A DNA stretch of 45,065 nt from an uncultured Thermoflexus sp. (GCA_964396775.1 CAYNHD010000001.1:1-45065), one strand, 5' to 3'. Shown: positions 18,589 to 27,873, counted from the first letter of the stretch. The notes: generated by a model from the sequence alone, not told the origin. Numbers and translations are program-made.

Positions 18589-19137
18589 GGAATCTCGCCC
18601 CCAAATCTAGGGGCGCACTCCGCCCGGCGATCTTTTGCCGTTTCCGCCTGCTCGTGGTACTTTTCACAGGCAATGGCCGCGCTGCCAAGAGACCGTCGCC
18701 GGCCTGCGGCGGGCCTAGACCTTACCAACTGATGTCTCCGAGCCATTTGCCCTACTGCCTTGCGCTATGGGCATCTGGCCGCCTCGCCCTCAGGCGAGGA
18801 ATTCCGTCGCGGCGCCATGCGCGCCCGGCGGGATCAGGGTTGTCTGTGGAAACGCGACAGCCTCCCGACGTTCTGGCTGGTGCCAGGACCGACTTGGAAA
18901 GGAGAACCTACACCCACACCGGGCACGTCCCCGTGCCTATGTCGCCAGGTACCCCACTGGCGGCGTTATGTGTGGGCGCTGGCGCGGGGGGATCGTCTGC
19001 CTGGTCAGCGGCAGACAAGCCTCTCCCCTTCCCCTGACCTGTGGCTGTTCCCGTCTCCACCACTTCCCTGAAGATGTTTCTGGACAAAGCAAGCCTGGCT
19101 TGCTGGGGATGTTGCCTGCTTTTACGGAGAAGACCTG

Positions 19138-20556
19138 ATGGCTAAGCGACTGTGTGTCTACGGACTCCTGGCGGCGCTGCTGGCGGGCGCACTCGTGCCC
19201 GGTGCTGTGTCGGCGCGCGCACAGACTCCGGACCGGCTGGTGGTGCTGGCGCTAGAGTCGGCGCGCGCACCCGTTGAAGCGTGGGCCGCCGCCTTTGCCT
19301 CTGCCATTGAGGGCGGGGCCGCGCTCGACCTGCAGTTCGTCTCGACGGCGGGCGAGATCACGGCGCGGGCGGGCGAAGCCGCCGTCATCGTCAGCGACGC
19401 CTATGAAGACGCCCCGCCCATCACCTTCGAGTGCGGCTATGTCAGCGACGTGTTTCTGCTGCTGCCCGGCCTGGGCGCGCGCTATTTAGCCAGCAATTCG
19501 TGCGGCGGGGCGCTCGACCCGCGCGACGCGCTGGCCCGCGATTTCCTGCGCTTCGTCACTGGCCCCGACGGGCAGCAGATCGCCGTTGACCTGGGGCTGC
19601 TGCCCGCCGCCGTCGAGGTCGCTGACCAGTCAGGGGCGACCGTCCGCGTGCCCCAACCGGTGCGGCGCATCGCCTCCCCGTACAGCATCGCCACCTATTA
19701 TGTCTATACGGTGGGCGCGGCTGACCGGCTCGTGGTGGCGGGCTACCTGGGCGCGCGCGATCCCGAAGGCCAGACGGGGATGCTGAAGCTCGACCCGAAC
19801 TTCGAGGCGATTGCCAACGCCGTCTCGACGCTGAACCAGAAGGAAGCGAACATCGAGGAGCTGGCCGCCCTACAGCCCGACCTGATCCTGGCGAGCACGC
19901 GCACGAGCTGGCTTGATGCTGCGAGCGCGCTGGGCGTGCCCATCCTCCGCTTCGAGGGAGAATCGCCGCAAGCCCTGCAGGACGCCATGACCCTGATCGG
20001 CGCGGCCCTGGGGCCGCACGCGGCCTATCAGGCGGAGAAGTTCAACGCCTACTACAACAGCACCCTGGATGCGATCCTGGCCCAGACGCAAACCATTGCC
20101 GAACCGCTGCGCGTCTATTTCTCCGGCACCGAGCCGCTGCGCGTCGCCAGCGGTGAGATGTACCAGACGGCTATGGTCGAGGCGGCGGGGGGAGTCTCCG
20201 TCACGGCAGACTTGATCGGCTACTGGAACGATGTCAACCTGGAACAGGTCGCCATCTGGAACCCGGACGTGATCCTCTACGTACCCTATGGCGGGGCCAA
20301 CGCCGAGGCGTTCACCGGGGCGGCGGAATGGTCGGCCATCCGCGCGGTGCGCGAGGGGCGCGTCTACCGTCTGCCCAAGCTCTCCGCGCCCTGGGACACA
20401 CCCGTACCCGACTCGATTCTGGGGATCATCTGGATCGCGCAGACGCTCTACCCCGGCCAGGTGAATCTTGACTGCGCCGCCGAAGCGATGACCTTCTACC
20501 GTCAGTTCTACGGCTACGCGATGGGCGAGGAAGAAGCCCACAGCCTGTGCAAGTGA
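19138..20556 (+). CDS. ABC transporter substrate-binding protein, FecB/BtuF (class III PBP) type with extra N-terminal domain
   Basis: Signal peptide 'MAKRLCVYGLLAALLAGALVPGAVSARAQ'. The C-terminal ~300 aa ('IASPYSIATYYVYTVGAADRLVV..LQPDLILAS...WNPDVILYV..') fit the iron-siderophore/cobalamin binding-protein pattern. Cognate FecCD permease and ATPase genes follow. Confidence 0.8.
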   Translation: MAKRLCVYGLLAALLAGALVPGAVSARAQTPDRLVVLALESARAPVEAWAAAFASAIEGGAALDLQFVSTAGEITARAGEAAVIVSDAYEDAPPITFECGYVSDVFLLLPGLGARYLASNSCGGALDPRDALARDFLRFVTGPDGQQIAVDLGLLPAAVEVADQSGATVRVPQPVRRIASPYSIATYYVYTVGAADRLVVAGYLGARDPEGQTGMLKLDPNFEAIANAVSTLNQKEANIEELAALQPDLILASTRTSWLDAASALGVPILRFEGESPQALQDAMTLIGAALGPHAAYQAEKFNAYYNSTLDAILAQTQTIAEPLRVYFSGTEPLRVASGEMYQTAMVEAAGGVSVTADLIGYWNDVNLEQVAIWNPDVILYVPYGGANAEAFTGAAEWSAIRAVREGRVYRLPKLSAPWDTPVPDSILGIIWIAQTLYPGQVNLDCAAEAMTFYRQFYGYAMGEEEAHSLCK

Positions 20557-21620
20557 TGCGCGCCTTGAGTCGCCGGCTGCCTGGCGCGCGAGTCTGGATA
20601 CACTCAGAGCGCCGCCAGGCAGCCCTCTACCTGCTGATTCTCCTGCTGCCCCTGCCGGTCGCCGTCTACTGCATCGGCCTGGGGCGCTATGCGATCTCGC
20701 CCGAAGAGGTCGTCCGCGCGCTGCTGGACTTCGCCCTGGGGCGTCACGACGCCAGCGCCGGGCCAGACATCGCCTACAACCTGGTGACGCGCGTGCGCCT
20801 GCCGCGCATCGCTGCGGCCATGCTCATCGGGGCCAATCTCGCCGTGACGGGGGCCACCTTCCAGGGCATCTTCCGCAACCCGCTGGTGGACTCCAACATC
20901 CTGGGGGTCACGTCGGGGGCGGGCTTCGGCGCGGCGCTGATGCTCCTGCTGGTCGGCGACGCGCTGGAAGTGCAGGTCTCGTCCTTCTTCTTCGGGCTGA
21001 TCGCCGTCATGCTGGCCTATTTCGTCAGCCGCCTGTACCACAGCGCGCCGTTGCTCGTCCTGACGCTGGTCGGTATTCTGATCGGGTCGTTCTTCTCGTC
21101 GCTGACCTCGCTGCTCAAGTACGTCGCCGACCCACTCGACACGCTGCCCGCGATCACCTACTGGCTGATGGGCGGGCTGACCGATGTCACATTGGACGAC
21201 ATCCCGGCGCTGGCGGCGATCTCGCTGCTGGGAATGGTCGTGCTGTGGGGCGTGCGCTGGCGCTTGAACGTGCTCTCGATGGGCGATAACGAGGCGCTGG
21301 CCCTGGGCCTCAACCCGGCGCGGCTCAAGCTGCTGATCATCGTTTGCAGCACGCTGATGACGGCGATGGCTGTGTCGGTCGGCGGGGTGATTGGTTGGGT
21401 GGGGCTGGTCATCCCCCACGCGGCGCGGACGCTGGTCGGCCCCGATCACCAGCGCCTGATCCCGGCGACGATGGCCCTGGGCGCGGTGTTCCTGCTGCTC
21501 ATTGACACGATGTCGCGCACGCTGCTGCCGGCGGAGGTGCCGCTGGGCGTCTTTACCGGCGTGGTGGGGGTGCCACTGCTGCTGGTCATCTTGCGCGTCA
21601 ACCGGACGGGATGGCGATGA
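20556..21620 (+). CDS. FecCD/BtuC-family ABC transporter permease
   Basis: 354 aa, about 9-10 TM segments. 'LPRIAAAMLIGANLAVTGATFQGIFRNPLVDSNILGVTSGAGFGAAL' is the family signature region. The ATG at 20556 overlaps the upstream TGA. Confidence 0.9.
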   Translation: MRALSRRLPGARVWIHSERRQAALYLLILLLPLPVAVYCIGLGRYAISPEEVVRALLDFALGRHDASAGPDIAYNLVTRVRLPRIAAAMLIGANLAVTGATFQGIFRNPLVDSNILGVTSGAGFGAALMLLLVGDALEVQVSSFFFGLIAVMLAYFVSRLYHSAPLLVLTLVGILIGSFFSSLTSLLKYVADPLDTLPAITYWLMGGLTDVTLDDIPALAAISLLGMVVLWGVRWRLNVLSMGDNEALALGLNPARLKLLIIVCSTLMTAMAVSVGGVIGWVGLVIPHAARTLVGPDHQRLIPATMALGAVFLLLIDTMSRTLLPAEVPLGVFTGVVGVPLLLVILRVNRTGWR

Positions 21621-22405
21621 CCCTTCTGGAAGCTCGCTCAGTTTCCTACAGCTACATCCCTCAGCAGACCGTGCTGAGTAATGTCAGCCTGACCGTCCCC
21701 GACCGCTCGGTGATCTACCTGCTGGGGCACAACGGTTGCGGCAAGACCACGCTGCTCGAAATCCTGAGCGGCATTCGCCCGCCGCAGGCAGGCACCGTCC
21801 GCCTGAACGGGCACGACCTCTACCACATCCCTTCGGCCAGGCGCGCCCAACGGGTGGGGCTGGTGCCACAGATGCACCTGCCCGTCTTCGCCTACACCGT
21901 GCGCGACGTGGTGATGATGGGCCGCACGCCACACCTGCGCCTGTTCGGCACGCCGGGGACGCACGACCGGGCGATTGTGGACGCGGCTATCGAGCAGGTC
22001 GGGCTGGCGGCGCTGTGCAACCGCCCGTACACCGAGCTAAGCGGCGGCGAGCGCCAGCTTACCTTGATCGCGCGGGGGCTGGCCCAGCAGACGGAAGTGT
22101 TGCTGCTCGACGAGCCAGCCGCGCACCTCGACCCGCGCAACCAGCACCGCGTGCTGGAAACGGTCAGCCAGTTGGCCGGGCAGAACGTGTCCTTCGTGAT
22201 CTCCTCGCACAACCCCAACAGCGCCCTGCTCTACGCCCATCATGTCGTCGTCATGAAAGCGGGGCGCATCGTGGCCGATGGGCGGCCCGCCGAGGTGCTG
22301 ACCGAGTCGGTGCTTTCCGCCGCTTACGAGATGCCGGTCGAGGTCATCTATAGCGAGAAGAATGCGGCGCGGGCGATCATGCCCCGCCGCGCGAACGGCG
22401 GATAG
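21611..22405 (+). CDS. ABC transporter ATP-binding protein (FecE/BtuD-like)
   Basis: Walker A 'GHNGCGKTT', signature 'LSGGERQ', Walker B 'VLLLDEPAAHLD'. The alternative ATG at 21617 would give an ATGA overlap. Confidence 0.9.
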   Translation: MAMTLLEARSVSYSYIPQQTVLSNVSLTVPDRSVIYLLGHNGCGKTTLLEILSGIRPPQAGTVRLNGHDLYHIPSARRAQRVGLVPQMHLPVFAYTVRDVVMMGRTPHLRLFGTPGTHDRAIVDAAIEQVGLAALCNRPYTELSGGERQLTLIARGLAQQTEVLLLDEPAAHLDPRNQHRVLETVSQLAGQNVSFVISSHNPNSALLYAHHVVVMKAGRIVADGRPAEVLTESVLSAAYEMPVEVIYSEKNAARAIMPRRANGG

Positions 22406-22539
22406 CGGCGCACCTCCTTCTGCTGGCCGCAGAGTCCGATCCAGTTTTGCAGAATGACCCCGACTAACGATAAGATGGACACTGCTACTGGCCCCACAGA
22501 CAAGGCTGCATGATCACTGTTTCATCATGGAATGAAGCA

Positions 22540-23193
22540 ATGAGCAAACCCATAGACACTCTGCGCACTCCGATGCCCTGGCAGAAGCGTGCCGCTGACT
22601 TTTGCACGGCGGTTCGTGGTCCGCTGGCGTTGGCGCTCGTCTGGCTAGGCATCGCTCGCGGCAAGGACGGCATTCAGCTTGCCTTTATCCTGCTGCTGGT
22701 GGCAGCCACGCTTGACACCCTGGATGGCTTTCTGGCTCGCCTCAGCCACTATCCGCACCAGACGTGGGTGGGATCGCACGACCTGGCCTTTGACCTCGCT
22801 TTCAGCGTGGCGCTGCTAGGCTATCTGACACTCGCCGGATACCTTTCGCCGTACCTCACCGTGTTCTATGCCGGGTTCTGGCTGGTGGTCTTGGGCAGCC
22901 AGAATACCCTGTCGAACACGCTGGCCGTCCTGTTTCAGGCTCCGATCTACGCCGGCGTGGTGATAGCGGCGGTGCTTCACGACCTGAACATGATCCTGTG
23001 GACGGCCATCTGGGTGGGCCTGATGTTGGTCTTCGCGGGGAAACGCTTCTTCCAGGTGAGGCTGCCAGGGTTCTTTCAAGACCTGTCCGGGAAGATTCCG
23101 CCCGCCATGAGACGAGCGAAGTGGGCCTCCGGGATGCAGCCCACAGCCCCGGACTCGCCGGACAAGCGAAAAGAAACACGGGTCGGGGATTGA
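22540..23193 (+). CDS. CDP-alcohol phosphatidyltransferase-like membrane protein (divergent)
   Basis: Polytopic. 'DTLDGFLARLSHYPHQTWVGSHDLAFDL' resembles DGx2ARx8Gx3Dx3D but with altered spacing (x10, x2). The start is uncertain (ATG at 22510 or 22540). Confidence 0.5.
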   Translation: MSKPIDTLRTPMPWQKRAADFCTAVRGPLALALVWLGIARGKDGIQLAFILLLVAATLDTLDGFLARLSHYPHQTWVGSHDLAFDLAFSVALLGYLTLAGYLSPYLTVFYAGFWLVVLGSQNTLSNTLAVLFQAPIYAGVVIAAVLHDLNMILWTAIWVGLMLVFAGKRFFQVRLPGFFQDLSGKIPPAMRRAKWASGMQPTAPDSPDKRKETRVGD

Positions 23194-23354
23194 GCGAAGT
23201 CGCCGCCTGCGGCATGTCCGAGAGCGGAGACTCACCTTTGCGGGCAAAGCTCGGAGTCTGGAGCCTTGAGCCGCCAGCAAGGCGCAATCTCACGACCCAA
23301 GACTCCGGACTCCGAACCAGGCAGATCAGCAGAATAGCGAGCGAAGGCTCGGCG

Positions 23355-25256
23355 TTAGCGGCCCCCCGAAGCAACCAAGTTGCGGAAATCTCCTGAGAGC
23401 AGTGACGCTCCGAACCAGGCCAGGCTCTGGTTGAAGTAGTACTGCGACGACCCGCCCCAATATCCCTCGCTGAGCGCGTTGCTGGAATAGCCGTGCAGCA
23501 GGTCACCCAGCTTGAGTTGCAGGTCTGTATTGCCGGAGGCCAGCGCGGCCACGATCCACATGCCGGCCATAAGTTCGTTCTGGTATCCCACAACAGGGTT
23601 CCCGTCCATATCGTACATGACGGCGAAGGCGTTGGGGTTCTCAATGCTGCTCAAGAACGCGGCGCTGCGCTGCGACCATTCACACGCCCGCGTGTCTCCG
23701 AACCACAGGCAGTCCACGCCGATCCGCCAGGGAACGCGGATCGCGTCATAGGTCATTTCAAACCGGCACGCCTCGCGCGGACGCCCTTCGGCATCGCAGA
23801 ACTCGAACGCGGGCCTGCCATTGGCTGTTGACCAGTCCGGTGCCAATCCCAAGCGATTGCCGCTGGGCACGGCGAACAGCGACCGATACCCCTGGTGGAT
23901 CAGCGGATCCCAGCGCGTGCCACCCTCGAACGCATTGAAGATACGGAACCAGGCGGGCGCGAAGTACGAGAGATTAATGATCGCCTGCCCGTTCCCGCCC
24001 CAGGCATCGCCGGGGGTCAGATATTTGCCGTCGAATACCTCATAGAGGTAAATCGAATCGAGCAGGGAGCGGGCGCGCTCGCCGTAGGGCCGGTCGGGGT
24101 GCTGGCCCCATGCACCCCCCTCGACGCGCGCCTGGGCGAAGATGAGCGCGGCGGCAGTATCCAGTTCGGCGTCCGTCGCCGAGCTGAAGCCAGTGATCTG
24201 GCCGGTGTTGTCAGCGCGCCAGTTGAACAGGCCAGTCGTCTCGTCCAGCAGCACAGCGTGTGCCGCGTCGTAGATGGTGTCAAACGTGCCCTGATCGTCC
24301 ATCATCACGGCCATCAGCAGGCCGTAGCCCACGCCTTCGCTGACCGCCTGGTAGCCCATGTTGGGATCGAAGACCAGGCCCAGGTTGTCGCCACACTCTG
24401 GCCCGCAGGTGATGTAGTTGGCCTTGTAGCCTTCCCAGGTCGCCTCGACCATCGCGTGCCAGTCCACGCTCGTCCAGTCCACGAGCGCCGGGCCTTCCGG
24501 CGGCTGCGAAGGCTGGGGGACATCAGCCCGCCCGATCTCGAAGAACAGCGCCCGCCCGAACAGACTCGGATTCTGCCACGAGCCGTTGTTGGTGTCGGCC
24601 TTCGACCAGCTCAGCAGAACGTTCCGATCGGCGACAGCGGCCCCGTTCGCCTGGGCCTGGAAGCCGATTTCTGCGCCATGCGCGGGCGTCAGCCAGTCGC
24701 CCAGGGAGACGACCGCCTCAAACCCCCAGCCGTCGTCAGTGGCAAAGACAAAAGCCTGCACAGGCAGCGAGGACGCGCGCACGCCGGTGACCGTGATCGC
24801 CGCCGGATCGGTGTTTCCGATGTCCGCGGCGTTGATGTTGACCTGGTGCATGCCGTCGGCATAGCCGCGCGGCCAGAAATCGCCAGTGAGGTTGACGAAG
24901 AACTCCAGCGAATCCTCGTTCCAGAAATCTCTGCCATGTTGCCCGGCGATGATCGTCTTGTCGGGCATGGTCATGGCGATATAAAGCTGCACACCATCCG
25001 ACGCCAGCCCAAAGGTGAACGAGCCGTTCTCCTCCGGCACAGCAGACGGATTAGGCCCCCAGGTGACGGTGTGGAAGGGCACACCGGCCCAGTCCGCCAG
25101 GCTGCCATCCAGGGTGATGCTCACAGGGAAGGGGATGTACACGGTCTCCCCTTCCACGCCCGGTGGCGCAAGCAGCCCGTCGCCCTGCGCCTGCAACGGG
25201 CTGACGATCATAGCCAGCAGAGCGATGATCAAGACAGTGCGCCCGATCATGGTCAT
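23355..25256 (-). CDS. Secreted glycoside hydrolase family 8 enzyme with N-terminal CBM9-like module
   Basis: Signal peptide 'MTMIGRTVLIIALLAMIVSPLQAQ'. CBM9-like region 'ITLDGSLADWAGVPFHTV...FWNEDSLEFFVN'. GH8 catalytic-acid region 'AVSEGVGYGLLMAV' and the near-signature 'SATDAELDTAAALIFAQA'. Confidence 0.8.
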   Translation of the reverse strand: MTMIGRTVLIIALLAMIVSPLQAQGDGLLAPPGVEGETVYIPFPVSITLDGSLADWAGVPFHTVTWGPNPSAVPEENGSFTFGLASDGVQLYIAMTMPDKTIIAGQHGRDFWNEDSLEFFVNLTGDFWPRGYADGMHQVNINAADIGNTDPAAITVTGVRASSLPVQAFVFATDDGWGFEAVVSLGDWLTPAHGAEIGFQAQANGAAVADRNVLLSWSKADTNNGSWQNPSLFGRALFFEIGRADVPQPSQPPEGPALVDWTSVDWHAMVEATWEGYKANYITCGPECGDNLGLVFDPNMGYQAVSEGVGYGLLMAVMMDDQGTFDTIYDAAHAVLLDETTGLFNWRADNTGQITGFSSATDAELDTAAALIFAQARVEGGAWGQHPDRPYGERARSLLDSIYLYEVFDGKYLTPGDAWGGNGQAIINLSYFAPAWFRIFNAFEGGTRWDPLIHQGYRSLFAVPSGNRLGLAPDWSTANGRPAFEFCDAEGRPREACRFEMTYDAIRVPWRIGVDCLWFGDTRACEWSQRSAAFLSSIENPNAFAVMYDMDGNPVVGYQNELMAGMWIVAALASGNTDLQLKLGDLLHGYSSNALSEGYWGGSSQYYFNQSLAWFGASLLSGDFRNLVASGGR

Positions 25257-26827
25257 CTTTCCACCCCGGTCATGATCACACCGCGCATGAACACACGCTG
25301 AGCGAGGAAGAACAACAGCACCGGCACCACCAAACCCATCAGCGCCGTTGCCTGAATGAGGTGAGGTTTCTGGTCGAACACGAAATTGAAGATTTGGATG
25401 CGCACTGAGAGGGGCGCGATTTTGGGGTTGCTCAGCGTATAGATCAGCGGCTCGAAGTAGTCATTCCAGGCGAAGACAAAGTGGAACAGGCTCACGGCAA
25501 CGATGGCCGGCCACGCCTGGGGGATGATTACCGAGATCAGGATGCGAAATGGCCCTGCGCCGTCAATCATCGCCGCCTCGTCCAGCTCGATGGGCAGCGA
25601 GCTAAAGTACTGGCGCAGCAGCAGCACGTTATACGCATTGGCGAAGAAGTGCGGCACGATCAGCGGCAGCCAGGTGCCCGTCCAGCCCAGAACCTGCGAG
25701 AAGACGAAGTAAGTCGGGACGAGTGTGACCTGCTTGGGCAGGATAATAGTCGAGATCAGGATCATGAACAGCACGTTTTTGAAGGGGATCGGGAAGCGGG
25801 TGAAGGCATACGCCACCAGGGTGCAGGAGATGACGGTGCCGATCACACCGAAGATGGCGATCATCAGCGTGTTGAAGAGCGGCTCAAGAAAGTTAAGCTT
25901 GTTCCAGGCCGTCTCGAAATTGCTCCACTGGGGGCCAAATTGCCGCACCGGTCGATCCGTCGGCTTCTGCTGGTCGGCGAACGGCTGTTCCGACCAAGCC
26001 AGAATCCCCGCGTCCAGATCGTCGGGGTTGATGAAATAGGTCTCGACCGCGCCGACCCCTTTCTGCACCATAGCCCAACGCTGCGTCCCACCGTCCACGG
26101 TGGGCACTTCGTACAGCGGGTAGGTCGCGCCGGGCTGTAACACCACCTCAGGTATTTTCTTGCCACGATAGGTGAAAAGCTTAGTCTGTTCCAGGGCTTT
26201 CGCGCTGGCCAGGTCACCCTGCCACTGCACAATGCCGGACTCAGGGTCTTCGGGATCGAGGAAGAAGTGCGTGTCACCCTCGGACTTGAACAGAGCGAGC
26301 TTTCGGGTGACGCCATCCACTTCCAGTTCATACAGCGGGTACGCCGTTCCGCGTACCACCCCCTCATCCTTATAGCCGGTCCCCACGTAGGTGAAGGTTT
26401 CAGGCTGGACGGAGGGTCCAATCGTCGCCGGGTCGCCCGTCCACTCAATGACCCCTTCCTGCACGTGCTTGGGATCGAGGAAGATGACCCGATCCTCCAG
26501 CGTGGCGATCAAAGCCCATTCGTGGATCGCGCCATCGTCGCCGGGGACATTGTAGAGCGGGTATTTGCTCCCGGTGAGCACGCTCCATTCAGGATACTGC
26601 TCGCCCTGATACTCGTACAGCACCGGAGACATGGGCAGGATGCTCTTCTCCGTGATCTGGTTCTCGGTCTTGATGCTGGTGACCGCCATGTACCCGAAGG
26701 GAGAGAGATAGATGATCAGCACCATCGTGGTGAACAGAAGTAACAGCGCGCTGAATCCGAAATTACGGTAGCGGGCGATGATCTGTTTGCTGCCCCACAG
26801 CTTCCTGGTATGAGTGGTTGTAGCCAT
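25253..26827 (-). CDS. Carbohydrate ABC transporter permease (MalG-like) with ~275-aa extracytoplasmic insert after TM1
   Basis: 524 aa. TM1 'FSALLLLFTTMVLIIYL', then three ~72-aa repeats, then a canonical core with the EAA loop 'LDEAAMIDGAGPFRILISVIIPQAWP'. ATGA overlap with the GH8 gene. Confidence 0.85.
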   Translation of the reverse strand: MATTTHTRKLWGSKQIIARYRNFGFSALLLLFTTMVLIIYLSPFGYMAVTSIKTENQITEKSILPMSPVLYEYQGEQYPEWSVLTGSKYPLYNVPGDDGAIHEWALIATLEDRVIFLDPKHVQEGVIEWTGDPATIGPSVQPETFTYVGTGYKDEGVVRGTAYPLYELEVDGVTRKLALFKSEGDTHFFLDPEDPESGIVQWQGDLASAKALEQTKLFTYRGKKIPEVVLQPGATYPLYEVPTVDGGTQRWAMVQKGVGAVETYFINPDDLDAGILAWSEQPFADQQKPTDRPVRQFGPQWSNFETAWNKLNFLEPLFNTLMIAIFGVIGTVISCTLVAYAFTRFPIPFKNVLFMILISTIILPKQVTLVPTYFVFSQVLGWTGTWLPLIVPHFFANAYNVLLLRQYFSSLPIELDEAAMIDGAGPFRILISVIIPQAWPAIVAVSLFHFVFAWNDYFEPLIYTLSNPKIAPLSVRIQIFNFVFDQKPHLIQATALMGLVVPVLLFFLAQRVFMRGVIMTGVER

Positions 26828-26830
26828 GAT

Positions 26831-27796
26831 CTAGTCGCTCCAGCCAGCGTAGTAGACCCATTTGCGTGCCGTGGCAAAGAAGAAGCCGGTGACAATCAGG
26901 GCAATGACGAAGAGCAGCCAGGCCAGGGTCGCGGCGTAGCCCATCCGGTCGAACTGAAACGCGACACGGTAGAAATAGAGGTTGTAGAAGAGCGTGATGT
27001 CGTTGGGGCCTCCCGTGCCGCGCGAGACAATATACGGGATATCAAAATAACGGAACAGCCCGATGAGCGACAGGATGAGGTTGTAGAAGATCATCGGCGT
27101 GATGAGCGGCAGGGTGATCCTGCGAAAGACCGTGATCGCATTCGCCCCGTCCACTTTGGCCGCTTCGTACAATTCGGTGGGAACCGTCTGCATACTCGCC
27201 AGCAGGGTGAGCATCGCGTTGCCGCAGCCCCAGACGCCGAACATCAGCAGTGCCGGGTAAATCCACGTGGAGCTATACAGCCAGACCGGCCCCTTAATGC
27301 CGAAGACCTCGCCGAGGAAGCGGTTGAGCCAGCCCGATTGGGCGTTCAGATAACCGTTGTAGATGTACACCAGGGAGACAACCGGCACCATATAGGGCAT
27401 GTAGAACAGGGTTCGGAACAGCCTCCTGCCCCACAGTCGCCTGGAGTTGAGCAGTGTCGCCAGCGCAAGCGGAATGATGAGCGAGAGCGGAAGCGCCAGC
27501 AGCATGTAGGAAAACGTCACTCTCAACGATTTGCCGACATAAGCATCCTTGAACAGGGTCCGATAATTGTCTAGCCCGACGAACGACACCTTATCTGGCT
27601 GAGTCAGCTGGAGATCGGTGAAGGTAAAGCCCAGGGAGGCAATCATCGGGAAGAAATAGAAGGCCAGGAAGCCGATTATCCAGGGGGACAGGAATGCCCA
27701 CCCCCACAATCTGCGCGCCTGTTGCACAGTCAGCTCCCCCCAAGGCGGGCGCCATGTGCGCGTCCTGCTGGCAGGCGCTCGATCAGCCACAGACAT
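26831..27796 (-). CDS. Carbohydrate ABC transporter permease (MalF-like)
   Basis: 321 aa with six TM segments. EAA loop 'LYEAAKVDGANAITVFRRITLPLITP'. Confidence 0.9.
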   Translation of the reverse strand: MSVADRAPASRTRTWRPPWGELTVQQARRLWGWAFLSPWIIGFLAFYFFPMIASLGFTFTDLQLTQPDKVSFVGLDNYRTLFKDAYVGKSLRVTFSYMLLALPLSLIIPLALATLLNSRRLWGRRLFRTLFYMPYMVPVVSLVYIYNGYLNAQSGWLNRFLGEVFGIKGPVWLYSSTWIYPALLMFGVWGCGNAMLTLLASMQTVPTELYEAAKVDGANAITVFRRITLPLITPMIFYNLILSLIGLFRYFDIPYIVSRGTGGPNDITLFYNLYFYRVAFQFDRMGYAATLAWLLFVIALIVTGFFFATARKWVYYAGWSD

Positions 27797-27845
27797 GGCG
27801 AATTCTCCTCAAGGCTCTGCTCACTGTCTTCAAATTTGGGAAGGT

Positions 27846-27873
27846 GGGTGGCGGCGGAAACCCGCCACCACCC
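27846..27873 (-). promoter_or_regulatory. Intercistronic GC-rich stem-loop after the binding-protein gene
   Basis: GGGTGGCGGCGG-aaac-CCGCCACCACCC forms a 12-bp stem with one G-T wobble pair. It lies 20 nt downstream of the SBP stop, inside the 97-nt SBP-permease gap, and has no U-tract. Confidence 0.45.

Noticed and set aside
18700-19137. Cobalamin riboswitch upstream of the BtuF/FecB-type transporter
   Set aside because: I looked for the conserved GGGAA..GGTG..TCC, GCCACTG and AGYCMGGAGACCTGCC (B12 box) elements and found only fragmentary resemblances. The local hairpin GGCACG-tccc-CGTGCC occupies the place where an unpaired conserved junction would be expected. I left this as an open check for cmscan, not a call.
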